A stretch of DNA of 64,000 bases from the NCBI GenBank assembly GCA_965235115.1, contig OZ249437.1, forward strand, positions 35,898,001 through 35,962,000. Direction: 5' to 3'. The stretch's first letter is position 1; every line of letters starts with the position of its first letter. Shown piece by piece: positions 25,159-39,700 of this stretch. This DNA comes from Laetmonice hystrix. Taxonomy: Eukaryota. Under the pieces are notes generated by a model. That model did no database searches. It was not told the DNA's origin and saw only the letters and a program-made list of their open reading frames with translations. The position numbers and the translations under genes are program-made.

Positions 25159-28100
25159 TTACAAAATAGTACATTTGCTGAAAGCTGACTTTTTCCCATG
25201 TGTTCTCCTTTTGGACGGGTGCGACAAGTGTATTACTTCATTTTTACAGTTTGACTTTTCTGATGAGTTCTGTGTAGTGAAGATATCTGAAAATAGTTCA
25301 TACATAATATATATGTCAGAGTAGATCATGAAATCATTTATTTACTGCAGCTGTTTACACTTTAGTTTACAAAATTCATATAAGTGTTAGGCAAGAGACC
25401 TTAAAAAATACCACTGTTTCTTTTCAAGGCACTTTAAAGCAACTCCTTTAAAATTTACTTTAAAAGTCTGACGAAATCCTTACAAATACCGCGCTACTCA
25501 CTTGGTCCTATTTTCTGTGTGGTCGTTGTGTCCTCGTCCATTTTACTGATCTGGGCAAGGTACTGCTCAGAGAGGTAGCGGAACACTGCAAAATGTCGAG
25601 CGATGTACCAGTAAATACTGACACTCTGAACAATCTTGGCAAACCCACACTGCCACTTTACAGTTACTCGGATTTAAAACATAGAAGACTCTCACCAATT
25701 TATAGGAAAACCATTGGTTGAATCAAGTTGACTTTTTTATGATATAAATATGACCAACGTTTCGGACCGACCAAGGCTTTCTTCAGGGCTCAGATTGTAC
25801 AACGTTAGCAAATCATAGAAAGATGCATCAAATGTACAAAAATATAAGAGCCTATGTAACACTTTGCATCACAATAACTGGTTAAACAGTTGGCTGCAAC
25901 AAAATCTCTTAAGTGAAAGAACTTGATCAAATGTTACATTAAAACCAATGTCACTGAAAAAAAATCTGTCTATTTTGATAAAAGCTATTTTGTCAATATG
26001 GAATAAAATTAATGTTATTACATTTACCGGTACTCACCATCATCGACTAACAAGTTCTCCTTCACAGAAGTCCTGTAGAATTTTAATTTCTGCCTTTTTA
26101 CTAATGCCTCAGCCTCTTCCCTGTGATGACAAATGTTAACAATGCAATTAATAAGCATACATTCGTACGACCCGGTACGCAGCTGAAACTCTTCTACGTA
26201 TTCTTAAATGCTTATGTAAATTCTACTTAGTTACTGAGGCTGAGAAATCGAGTTACCTTAAGTTTAACACAACAAAATGAAAAGTGTGTATTTGCACCAA
26301 TATATTTATATCTCCGAGTGTGTTACAGCTTTAATAACAATGTCCCTCCCCAGGCAGGGCGTGACATAGACACTTACGGTTTGATGACTGCTTCATCAGA
26401 CAGGTCAATTTTATTCTGTACGAGCACCATGGCGATCTCTCCAACCTCTTCCTCCACCTGCAGATGTAACAAAGCAGACACTGGTGAGACATATAACATG
26501 TGTAGGGGCTGGTCGGTAAGATGGGTAATGCCGATCACAAAGGTTTTCAACATTTTGAACATTTATATAATGAGTCCTCAAATCTGTCATAATCAACACC
26601 ACTCAATTAATACTGAAAACAGCCATACCTTTTTTTTCCATGTCTCAACGGCCTCAAACGAGTCTCGATCAACAGTGGAGAAAGCGAGAACACAGGCCTG
26701 TGCACCTGCAAAATAATGAAAAAAATATGTAGACGTGTATAGTTTCCACTTCGAAACTTTTGAACAAAACAAGTAGCATACAGGTCTAATTCTGTGCTTT
26801 TTTTCCTTGGAAGATTATTCTGATTAGCTTACAGCACAACAGACTGTCATTTTGAACAGAAACTAAAGACGAAATCATCATTTAGCACAACAGATTGTCA
26901 TTTTGAAAAGAAACTAATGACGAAATCATTATGCACAACAGAGATAAAGAGCATCATGGAATCATTACTCTGAATTACACAAGTTATTTAACCACATTTT
27001 TACAGCAAGAGCGCCCGAGAAGTGATAATAACTGTTCTCATGGGTCTTTATCCCCGTAGTAACCGTAGTTACCATGGTGATTGGTTACTTAAAAAGATCA
27101 AGCCTTATCTGAGCAGCTGGCGTGAATTACTCCGTTTACAACGAGTGACGTATATTATACGCCCATCTGCTACACCCCCCCCCCCCCCCACACACACACC
27201 CTAACCATCCTCACGCGCCATGTAACTTGTAATAAACCTGCAGCTCCACCGACACGGTTGACGGTAAAAACCGCACCTGTTAATGGTCGCCACTGGTCAT
27301 TAACTATTAACGCCCGCCTATAGAGAAACTCTCCTTTCCGTGAGCCGCGTCGTTTTTGGCCGGGTTCCTAGAGGAAGTATTGGCTGCCACTCGACTCTTA
27401 CCCACGTCATTAATAGATCAGGCCCAGCCAAGACTCGTGACGTACCATCAATATCAGGTCTGTCCCTCATATTTAATCTAATATTTGAAAAGTTTGACAC
27501 ATAAGGACAATTGTATCATTAATTTAATTCTACATTCTCTGCATCAAATGCAACAACAACCAAAAGAACATTGTCATCTAGTTCTTTCCCAGATATGAAA
27601 ACATTCCGATGAAAATCTTGCACGACAAAGATAAGTAAATCATCGGACGTGGTTAGACCCTTAATGACATCACGGTAAAAAAAGGTCTGTCGTTAAAACG
27701 ACATTCAATGTTTCACGCCTATTCGGTACTGTTAGAGGCTTTGACACCTGTCCATCGGATTCGGTAAAAGTGTATCACAAGAGCTTTAATCTTGTCACAA
27801 AGATGACTTCTCAATACAGGTGAAACTATTCAGGAGATAAGGAGCATCGAATTATCTTGCCAATGCCGAGCTACCTAGATCAATTTTCATTAAACATGCT
27901 TCCTTTTAACGATTGGGCAATTCCTTGTCATGCGCAGTACAAAATGATCCCCCTATGGTATTCCTCATGACCTGCCAAGGATTACTTCTTACTTAAACAC
28001 AAAGTTTTCAACTGAAGTTTTTGCCAAGGACTACTTCTTACTTAAAGTAAATACAAAGTTTTCAACTGAAGTTTTTGCCGACTGTTTCCAACCGTAACAT

Positions 28101-31100
28101 GTTTCCATTTACAAGAGCTAAGATTTTGCATAGATTCGTCTTGCCCCTCGCGTGTGAACTGCTCCAACCCATCCAAACGTGGCTAAAGATTTTTTTGTAG
28201 TGTGCATCCACGTACACTGACATACTCTATAGCCCCCGGTCTCTAAACCACCGGAATCTCCACAAACTCATACACTATAGGTCATTCCTATTACACCACA
28301 GAGTAACCCGCAGGTATGGAGAAGACAATGGGATGACTTTTATTATGATGAACTCTCCCCACCTCTGCCTCATAAGGATCATTTCACACACTAGTCATAG
28401 TCGTCCGTTTATTTCTCACAGAACAATTCTTCTCAAACAGACTAAAAGACTATATTGTGAGCTCAATTTTGAGTGACCTTAGCTTCATCGTTGTGCACCA
28501 TACGGTATGTTATGTTAAGCTGCAGTGGTTCCTTGGGTGGGCCCAATGATAACTTCCCAGGATATTTATCAGGCCGGGTCCAGGCATATCCAACCATTGA
28601 TAGCCTATTCCCTTATGGTAACCATCCCATTCCGGTAAGGGTTATGGGCAGGGGCAGGGCTAGCTTTTAGGGGGTGATCTGTTGACCGACGAACTTTGCG
28701 AATTATGTTTGGAGCTGTTTTGAGTGATAGATTTTCAGTGCTAATAACCAAAATTCGTGTAGAGGTTGCCACGGTGGATTTGCCCTTTGCTAACTAGGCG
28801 CTAATGTGAGGGCTATACCCGATTACGGTACCAACGTTGCCTGACTGCTGCTGCTGTTTATTGTTGTTTTGGCCATCACGTTGACGGATGATCAAGGCGA
28901 CACCTGGCCCACCTGTCCAGGACCCCCTGACAAACGGTCCACAATGGGCCCCGGCTAAAACAAGCACCAGGCGTACGGAGCGCCATCTGCTGTACACATC
29001 GGCCATGAAATATAGCGGTGATGAGGAGAGAGTCGGAAGTCGGCGATCTCTGAGACGAGAGGAGGGTCACACTTGAAAGGTGACCACATACCGATCTCTG
29101 TGTGACACACCGAGTCCGTCAGTCACACACACACATAGATGGCCATATGTTGTACCCGTTTGATCATGTGTCACCCAAGCTTTCAGTATCCCTTGATACT
29201 GAGATCTGGATGATGTCGGGAGGTTGGGGGGGGGGGGGGGGGGCAGATAGACTTATGGCCTATTCCTACTTGATATATCGGGTGGGCCAAAAAATTTTGG
29301 AACACTCTTTTCTTGACTGTAATTTCTATAATTTTTATTTGTAGACGTTTTGACCCATTTTTCTGAAATTTGTACCACAGACCCCAAATAACCAGATGAT
29401 ATGATGTTCCAAATACTAACTAGAAACACTGATTGCTGAAGCAACACAGGGATCCCATCCCCCTGGTTATCATCACTTGTCAACACGTTGTGAACCCTGA
29501 TGCAGTGCACACTGGGAAACTGTCGTGCCAAGCCACCTCTCAGATTCCCACCACTCATTGGCGATTTATCTCTCAGTGCTCACCAAATATGTGCAGTGGG
29601 CGGAGATTAATGCTAGTGTGACGTATGACATGACGCTATGCCATAAATCTTGGTGTCACTTGAAAGAGCATAGGCCTACATGACTTGGCCGCCATCTTGG
29701 ATTTGTCAAATTCGGGGAAAATGGGTGCAGTTTTCCATCCTAACTCCAATGGTTAAAACCCGACATTGATAATGGCCTAAAGGGGCTAACTTTGAGGGGC
29801 CATAGCATTGAAACTATTGATTTTAGGGAAGCCATCTTGGTGTCACAGACAGTTGACCTATTACCCAATCCAATGGTGCTGAAATCGGAAATTAGGTCAA
29901 CTTGGTCGCCATCTTGGATTTTTAAAATTCGGGTCAAATGGTTCAATTTTGTATCCTATCCCCCATTGAGAAAACCAGACATTCATATCTTTAATCGTTT
30001 TTGAGATTTCATTGAACTTTGATTGAAAATGACCTAAAAGGGTCAACTTTGAGGGGCCATAGCATGAAAACTATTGATTTTAGAGAAGCCATCTTGGTGT
30101 CACAGACAGTTGACCTATTAAAAAATCTTGGATTGGTCTATTTGAATGCAATTACAAAATATCCTTTGGTAACCAGTACCAGTTCAATCCTGTAATCATA
30201 TAGTCTAGGTGAAATAAGGAAGCACCCAAAACAAATTGCAATAGTAATAAACCATATACCAAATGAACGCTCATGAGCTGCTCTATAACATATCAAAAGT
30301 CTAAGAAAATCTAATTAGTGGAACAACTTTTTCTAGAGGGGGGAACAATTTGGCCTTACGCATACCCATATGCCAGACGTTATTTGTGACATTACCTCTC
30401 TAAACATTAATATAATGCCAATATACTGTAACAATGTAAGATAAGATGAGAGTGGATCTAAGATTAGATAAAATGAGATAATATAAGATAAGAATTTATT
30501 TATTTCCAGTACATAATACATAAATTTGTTGTTGGAAACACTGATTGAGCTACGTGATGCAGCATGTACATGTTGCAATTTAGTAAATATAAGAGATAAT
30601 AAAGATAATATATGTGTGATTTATTAGCAAACTAGTCATATACATATACATGTACATATCATATGTAATATCAAACTGACATTTAATTTTGTTTTAATTT
30701 TGTAATTTTTTTAAAATTTCCCACATAAAGTTATATTTACTTACAAAACAGGACAAAAACACATTTACGTATACATACACGGCATGACAACAGGAGTACA
30801 ATTAAAACAAAACACATTTATATGTACATACATGACAAACACTTACAAGGGCCTTAAATCTATATACAGAAGCTTAGTTATGTGACGCATTCAAAAATAC
30901 CTCCCATTTTTTAAGAAACCTTCCTATTTGTTTGTATTCTTTGCTACTTTATTTTCTACCATTAATTCTTCGTTTAACCTGCTTTTGAAACCCGTTTGTT
31001 CTGTAATTGTTTCCTTAACTTTACATCCATAAATATAATACTTTCCTAAAGGTACAACACTGTTCCATATTATGATATTTTGAGCTTCTGACAGGTCTCC

Positions 31101-33678
31101 GAACAAAACACACACTTCTGATAAATTTAACATTGCCATGTACTAACAATTGTATTAAACCATGTTTCAACTTGTCTCCAAAATATTTAGACCTTTACGC
31201 ACCTATAGAGTAAGTGGACATAGTGTTTCTTTATCGGCGTTACAAAATTTGCATTGATCCGTATCTTTGACACCCATTTTAACTAAGAGGGGATTTAAAG
31301 CGACTATATTATGCAAAACTGTGTATTGAAATTCCTGTATTTTCTTAATATTCCATATGCTATATATGCATTTGCTAGGATGAAGATGTAAGGTGACAGA
31401 GGATACCCCTGACGTACGCCCAGGGCCGGATCGGGCGTGGGGGGTGGGAGGTGGGGGGTTGCAACCTCCCTTAGAATCCCCCCATAAAAGAAAAAAAAAG
31501 TTGTCGAATTCTTTCCTGAAAGAACCACGGTATGAATCTGAAATCTAAAGTGGTAATTACCCAATATCCCATCAAATAATAATAATATAAGAGAACAACA
31601 GCAAATAACTGGCAATGATACATTGATAGGCCGACTAGATGTCTGCAACCCCCATCCCCCCGCTCCTTGGAAAAAATCCTGGATCCAGCCCTGCTTACCC
31701 CCTTTCTAATTTACAATATTAGGGTCATTCCATGTCAAATCGACCAGTGGCTCCCGGGTGACCATCTCCAATTTTTTTCTTATTTGGCATGTAGTTAGAT
31801 CTATATATCTGAAGTACATTTCTGAAATTTTTCTTCCAAATTCCCAACGGTTCCCATGTTATACCCCCATGAGTTTGGGTGGGGGTACCCCTGAAAAAAA
31901 ACGCTTCTTTTTCTGAGCCGTTTTTAGAGGGCTGCCATTCAGAAATTATAAGAGCTGGCAACTTGTATTTTTGCCCACTGAAACTTTAATATGTAGAGAC
32001 CAGGAAAAAGTAATAACATTTTAATTCTCTGCTTATTCCTTGGAGCACCATGACCCCAAAATAGAAAAAAACACATCGGAGAAAAAAAATTCAATATTCA
32101 AACATTTTTCATGCAAAAGTTCCTTCTTGTAATTTCTTGATCTTTGGGGATTTGATTTATGGTTATATGAGGTGCATGCAAACACCAAAATAATCTTCTA
32201 AAAATAGACACAGGTGGCGCCACTAGTGGTCAAAGTTGGCCGATCGCTAAATATGACCCATTTTGAGGGGCCATTTTGCCTATGTTGCCAAGGTGGAAGA
32301 GCATTGTGATATTTTTTCCTTGATAAAGTACATTTTGGACATTAAAGAAAACTAAGTCCCTAATCCCTTCCATACTTCCTTCCCTGTCAAATAGTTTTTC
32401 AAATAATATCTCACCTAGGTTTTTCTCTAGTTCTTCCAGCTTTTGCATTAATTCCTCCTCCTTAGACCTTTGTTTTTGAGCACGTTGTTTTGAATATATC
32501 CCGTTTATATCCAATATCCAACACATGACTATTGTCTAAGTGTTTCAAGACTAGTGTTTACTTAATCAAGCTAAATTGCTTATTTACTAAATTGTGCCAT
32601 GTACATGCTGCATCACGTAGCTCAATCAGTGTTTCCAACAACCAATTTATGTATTTATGTACTGGAAATAAATAATTTCTGATCTTATATTATCTCATTT
32701 TATCTAATCTTATATTCTATCTCATCTTATCTTACATTGTTACAGTATATTGGCATTATATTAATGTTTAGAGAGGTAATATCACCGATAACGTCTGGCA
32801 TCTGGGTATGCGTAAGGCCAAATTGTTCCCCCCTCTAGAAAAAGTTGTTCCACTAATTAGATTTTCTTAGACTTTTGATATGTTATAGAGCAGCTCATGA
32901 GCTTTCATTTGGTATATGGTGTATTACTATTGCAATTTGTTTTGGGTTACGGCCCATTTGAGCACAAATCACCCGGTCTAATATGTCAGAATTGTGTGGC
33001 GATGGTCAAGAGTGTTCGACTCGCAGTGGAGAGGTCCCGGGATCAATCCCGGTACTCGGCATGTTTTTCACTTTTTTTATTTTTCCCCCCTAATTTTTAA
33101 AAATAGTCACGTGACCTAAAAAAATTATATAATAAAGAGCATATATGACTTCCTATTCATGTTCAATAGTAACCAAGGCTCCATCTTTCACCGTTTGGAA
33201 GTTACAGCCAATTGTTTCTGAAAACGGCCATGACCCCAACTTCAATGCCACGTGGTACCCTTAAAATAGCTCACAGCGCTTTATCCACACAGACCCCATT
33301 GAAGGCCCCCATGGAGATTTCCTGAAATCAATTTGGGGTCGATTTGACCAAAAATGTGGGGCGTGAAACAATTTTGTCACTTTTTGACATATGACTTACC
33401 GGTACATCTCAAGAAGGTTAAAGGTCAGGGGTCAAATGTAGTAACAAAGTTATGGGCACTTAAGTGATAAGGTCCCCGATATGAATAAATTTTGTTCTGC
33501 TCCTTCAAGGACTCTAGAAATAAGGTATTTTCCCCAACTATTGATGACGTCATAACTCTCTGACGTTACGTCATATGACGTCATGCATATAAAAATGAGT
33601 TACTATGCTCATGAGCAAGGGTCCCACCAAGTTTCATTACGCTACCTTAAGAAACAACTGAGAAATCGACCATTGTTA

Positions 33679-33716
<38 letters not shown>

Positions 33717-36700
33717 AACTCCAACGCGTATTATAATAATAATCGGGAAGACGAAACCAGACAATTTCAAGATCCAATCCCCCACTTGGGGGATGGGATA
33801 ATAACATTAGGGTAAGAATTATAGAAGTTACAGTCAAGAAAAGAGTGTTCCAAAATTTTTAGGCCAACCTGATATACGACAAGGTACAATTACCCCTCTT
33901 TAACTCATATATTGGTGTATAGGCAGGCCTATATTTGCACCTCTTTAATCAACACTGTAGACTAAATCTTTCCTCCAGATCTTAAAGATATGCAGAATTT
34001 TACAAGATTTTCACGTAGCTAAAAGATGGTGTAAAGGATTGTTTAAAACTTGCATAGACGGTAAGTCGCATACCGAAATTTATGCTCAGTATTTCCCCGC
34101 GTATCACACATATCAAATAATTATGCTAAATATGTAAATCTAAAAATCAAGATACAGTCAACGATATCGGTTTGGATAAATATGATCTCCGTTATGAAAT
34201 GAGGAAGCAAAAAAAAAAAAATAAAAAATGCACCCATCTCTGTTGAAGTGGAATCCTTAAATGACCCAGTTTCATAGAAGGATTCGTCCAATTACTGAGA
34301 TTGGATTATTATAGGACACTGTCACATACCATGTGCTACAAAACAAACCTGTCACGTGTGTCCGTCATATCAGGACGAATTAGACTCCATGGGATAATTC
34401 TTATAATAGGTGACCCTCCTGACCCTACCAATGAGGCCCCAACTCTTTAAACTGCGGAAGCACTCTATGGAAATTAGGAACAAACGCAACCGATAATTCC
34501 GACATCCACGGTACATGGTGTTCTATGGGCAAACAATAATCATTATTTGTTCACGTTTCTGACAAGTTACGACGATTATTGAAGACCAGAATCTTGCAGT
34601 GTTACATGTGAGGTAAAGCAAGAATCATGGACTCGAATGTTATCATTGGGCGATTTAGCCTTTCTGCGATATCTTATCCTTTTATGAAAATAAGTGGCGG
34701 ACTTCCCTACCTCCACATTGGCACTTGAGCTAACCTTCCTAATCAAAAACATCCTGAAAGCAGAACTAATTCGGCGGCACCTTATGAGGATAAGCCACAC
34801 AAGTGGTAATTATTTAATTACATAATTACGAGGACATGAATAATGGTCTCCAGTTTCTATGAAAGGCCCTATCGCTGGCAATCAGCCAAATAGGGAATTT
34901 ACCGTATCATCTGTGGCACAATAACACAAAAGAACGTGTCCCCTTTGAGGCATTCGAATGTGAAATTCTCTAGTTAAAGATCTGTTCCAAATTTAATTTC
35001 TGACCGAGCTTTCTTCATCCTCAACATGTGGGGATCGATTGATATCGCAGTGATAAGTGCATGCATATCATTCTGATCAGACTTAAATGCCGAAAAGCTA
35101 ATTAATTAAGAGCTCATTAAATTCGAAGTGGAATCAAAGAATTCAAGTTGATGGCCCTTCAGGCAGTTTCACTGCCAACTTATTTCCCTTAATGAGAGAC
35201 AACTATTCGCAGCATGGGTCTATTTTGAGCTCAGTTGGGTAATAGGTTGCACACACTATATATTATTCGTTACCTGGCTGCGATTCTTGCTATCAATTCT
35301 TAGTGACTCTTTACCACGGACCAATAGCCGTCCGTTACACCTAAACCGTGATGTCATTTGTCACCGAGGTTATTACTGAGGTTAGAGTTCAAAGTTTCTG
35401 ATGGACAGGGTGTCAAATAAACACCTGGGACTGGTAGTTACGGCAGCCACACCTGCAAACCAGTGGACCGTAACAACTAGACCAGCCTTTCTAGGATCAT
35501 GTACACAGAGCGTGGGGATTGGAAGCGGGGCGGGGGGGGGGGGGGGGCGGGCTCTGCAACCTCAAGATATTTTAATACTCATCTTGAGCTTTTAATATAC
35601 TCGGAGATATATTTTCGGGGGGTTAAAAGTCAACAACAAGAAACACAACAACAACAAAAAACACAAAGACAGTATAACAACAGACTGAAAAGAAATTAAC
35701 TAGAAGAAATAAACTCACCTCGATAATATGCCTTTGTGATGGCGTCAAATTCTTCTTGACCAGCTGTGTCCCACAACATGAGGCGTACATCCTCACCATT
35801 TATCCTGGAAAACAAAGTATATCATTAAAACCTCACTCTTAATATCATTAGTATATCACAGAACAAAGCTACAGTTTGAGGATCACATATAGTAATACGT
35901 CTTTTTACTGATGTTTTTGGGTTGGCTTCCCTGTGTTAATGCCACTTGTTTTTAAACCCCACATATAGACAGACATATAGATAGACAGACATAAAAACAA
36001 TGACCGCTATATAAAGAATAAACCTGCGCACTATTCCATACTTAAGTTTTTACTTTGTGTTATTTTACGTGCACTCCTGCACTTACACGCCTGGCCTTTT
36101 ATAAGTCAGTCGGGAGTACTGGTCTGTCAGGACAGACGATGTCCAGCCATCACACATCACAGGAAGGAGTCCGAATTTCTAATGTCCACTTTGTCTTATT
36201 TTACTCAGCCGGAATGTGACAACCGTCACACAGATGGCTCGCCTAATGTTTTACGACTGTCGCTGTACGGATTAATATTGCACGTTTTAGGTCATGCATG
36301 AAAGCACCAAAAATGCACCAGCTGCGTGTGCTTGTTCTATTTTCGGTCCTCGTCGCAAGAGAGAGAAAACATTTTTTCAAGGAATCAGCCAGGAAGCCAG
36401 GGAAGGCTATCATGCACAAGTAAAACGTTGAAATCTAAATTGAGAAATACTATGTTCCATGGAAATAAAGTAACGTATATTAGCTTTCACATGACAAGGA
36501 TCCCACCACAACGACTTTCTTTTGGTCTCTTACTTCTCTCGTTGGTAATAAGGTAATGAGATTTATTTACTACATGCATTAACGCTGGAACCAAAACAAA
36601 AAAACATTCAATTACAGGCCAATCCTTCACTATACAATGACGGCTTGTAATTACCTGTCTGCAATTACTGGAGATATTAAATCAAATTAACGCCTTCAGA

Positions 36701-39700
36701 TTGCTTCATCATGAAAATTGGCCACAGATTTCGGGGCGTTTACATGCAACGCTACTTGGATGACACACCTGACCACCCTTTCAAAAAGCTTTCAGTCTGA
36801 TCTGTGAAAAATCTTCACAATTTTACATTTGTTTTACCGTAATAGGAAAGCAACGCTTCATGTCCAGGTCACAAGTTCTTAGCATGACCACAGGACTTTG
36901 ACCTCTATTTCTAACGACATCTACATGATACTATAAGCAAAATTAAATTTAAAAAATAATTAAATGATTGATAACTAGCTACATCATTTATACCGTATGT
37001 ACATGTAAGTGAAAAAAAACTTTGAAGATAAGAAAAAACAAACTAATTTCATTTCAAATATTTACAATCTTTTCTGCACTCAGGGGTCATGTGCTTAACC
37101 ACGGTCAGGCCGTATAGAGTTGTTGGCATAAAAAGTAATAAATGGCATTACGATGGGTTCATCATGTCCACAACATTGTCAACGCTACCAAGCTCTTGCC
37201 TGGCACTGTGTCAAGCAATGAAACGATGACCTGAAAGGTCATATTGATCTTAACCTTTTCAATTAAGGAATAGAAATGGACTTCGTTTATCATCCCTTTG
37301 TGTGCATGATCCATTGTTGATCTGATTAGAGACTTGCAAAGTGAAATAGAATCATCAACAAATGATGACATGGCAGTTTATGGTTTCTGAAAAAAAAAAC
37401 AAAGACCACTTGGGGCAGAATGATTTCGTGGTAAACCCTTACAATTCTGTGCACTTCTAAATTTAATGTTACTAACGTCATAACATCAAGATTCACATGA
37501 ATTTAAGATATAAAGACATTGGGGCAGAGACGTTTCCTAAGATCTACACATTGTCTCTTTGACTATGTTCACACTGCTATACAGTGCCACTGTAATCCAG
37601 GGCGAGTTCCGCCCTCAGGCTTAGCTTCACTCTGACCCCTGACCCTCACGAAGGCCACAAGCAGACATTAATAATCAGGGCAGATGTAAATGACGACTCG
37701 GTCAAGTACAACACCCATTATCTTATAAAGTTCAGGCACGTCTTCATTCCCAGTCTCTGGTGAAGACCTCTCATGGATCCGGCGAGCAGTGAACTGACTG
37801 ACAGCGGGTTGGCTGGCCTGGCGCCGTGGGCCGTCGGACAGTTCTGGCTATGATGGAGTGTGAAACAATAGACAAGGTTCGACCTTTGGGGGGAGCGAGG
37901 TCCTGGCCTCGGCCACGATCTTGTCTGACCAGGCTATTTGCCAAGGAAACGAACTAGTCTGTACGTGTTATTATATCTGATTCTTTTACTCACTGCGAGA
38001 AGAAGGAAAGCAGGAGCGGACCTCAGTCACTATTAATTGTGTGTGAAGGCGAGGTTTTACAGTGGGCCCAGTAGCTTGAAAATTCTCAACTTGAGTAAAG
38101 CTTACTTAAGTAAACGTGTAGGTTTTTGATTTACATACATGTACTCTCCAATGGATACCTAGGTGTTTATTTTCTCTTCAAATCTTAAAGCTTCATTTCC
38201 CATCACTTGAAACTGACCGCAATAATACAAGTGTTTAAATAACAAATATCCAGGTCTGTGAGAATTCACCTTGTAACCTTTTTCAGGAAAATGTGTTTTT
38301 AAATAAGCAAACAAAAATAACATAAAAATGCAGTGTCATTTAAATGTCACGCTTTCACAAGAAAAGAATACAAGTGACACTTCAGAGACTTACTTAAGTT
38401 TACTTAGTTCTTGACGAAATGGTTTCAAATATCACTGACATATGATATTTTAGGTGCATCATTCCGTAAAGTACGCATTCAAACATCCCATAGAGCAAAA
38501 AAGGGTTTCTAAGGCACATCTTTTGGCTTCATATAATTAAAAAAAAACCCATGGGAATGAAAGTTTTCTTCGCGTCTGAACGTCGTTAATTTCACATGGT
38601 CCTTCAATGACTATGAATGTAGACCTGAAGTTTAAAATAACATCCACATCAACGTAAGGTAGAGTGGTATATGTCATGCAGTATAGTGAACATGACTACA
38701 TGGCCAGAGAGCTTGTCACACATGTCTTGACCCCGAGCTATTAAATTTTCATTCCTGTTTTAGTTTGCAAGTCTGCAAACATGCAACCCAACCTAGCAAC
38801 GCCTGGGCTGATTGCAACAGGAAGGGCTGACACGTAAGTCTTACGTTACCCGTCGGGTGAAAGTTATAATGCATTCTACAGCAGTGAGGATGTTAAGGAA
38901 ACGTACAAGATATATCAACATAGAAAAAACCCAACCACATACCGGTATACATTATGGTACATATTATTACCACACTCAACTTCCACTCTGTGGGGAAACC
39001 CTCTAAGTTTTTTTTTGTATTATGATACTTCTAGTGCTACCCAAACAAAATCTGTGTTGAATAAGCGAGGTAATAGTGACTAATAGGTACGTCTACGTTA
39101 TCCGATAGAAGCCATGACTAGGAGTGCGTATTCTATTATAACTGATAAATTTACCCGTTTACACGTTCTGACAGCATGCCATTGTGCGTACATCACACAT
39201 AATGTTGGTTTATTGGACTGCAATCTTTCATGAAATTCTATAGAGGATATTTTTTATCATGACGGCTGGTACTGAGTTACGAACAGCTGTCATGATCCAA
39301 GCAAACAAAGATGTGAGTACGTGAACATAGACTAATATCTCCCCTAGTAAACAACGCTGAAATCAAGATATCGGACAAATTCCCACACCGAGAGTTGCAT
39401 CTTACATTACAAGTGCTTACACCTAGCTACTAGTATTATACCTTTTCCCTGAGATAGAGTCGGAAGTAACTGGCTTCTACACTGAACCTTTGTAGTTTAT
39501 TTCGAAAACTTCACTCAAATCACTCATAGAGCATACCGAAGGCACATAACTGCGCAATTGAAGATTAATGATGCTTCTGTCAGAATTCCTGTCAAGGGTA
39601 CCATTTGAAGCAGCACTACTTCACCCAGGTGTCAGTATTATCCCATCCCTTAAGCCTATTCGACACATGCCTGAAAATCCTGTATCGCCAACCCCGGGTG

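Larger units (their letters stand above)
29418..33804 (-). mobile_element. Helentron-associated non-autonomous element (HINE/DINE-1-like) with nested cargo
   Basis: One end: aactaga + hairpin ttgc-tgaa-gcaa + subTIR atcccatccccc (29418-29463). Other end: (TAC)n microsatellite (33679-33716) + palindromic subTIR atcccccacttgggggatgggata (33777-33800). Core aagatggc/tatatgacttcctatt motifs inside. Inserted in an AA/TT site without TSD. Confidence 0.7.
29274..33876. mobile_element. Tc1/mariner-like MITE (about 60-bp TIRs, TA ends) split by a 4.4-kb nested insertion
   Basis: 29274-29332 tatatcgggtgggccaaaaaattttggaacactcttttcttgactgtaatttctataatt is the reverse complement of 33817-33876, with about 4 mismatches. 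Confidence 0.75.

Noticed and set aside
27540-27900. Possible RT-like remnant on the minus strand (..KIDL.., ..SDDLLIF..)
   Set aside because: Many stops and only 4-5 residue resemblances; cannot be supported without an HMM search.
32995-33060. Functional tRNA gene
   Set aside because: Acceptor stem and B-box are imperfect and it lies inside a repeat; kept only as a tRNA-like segment.
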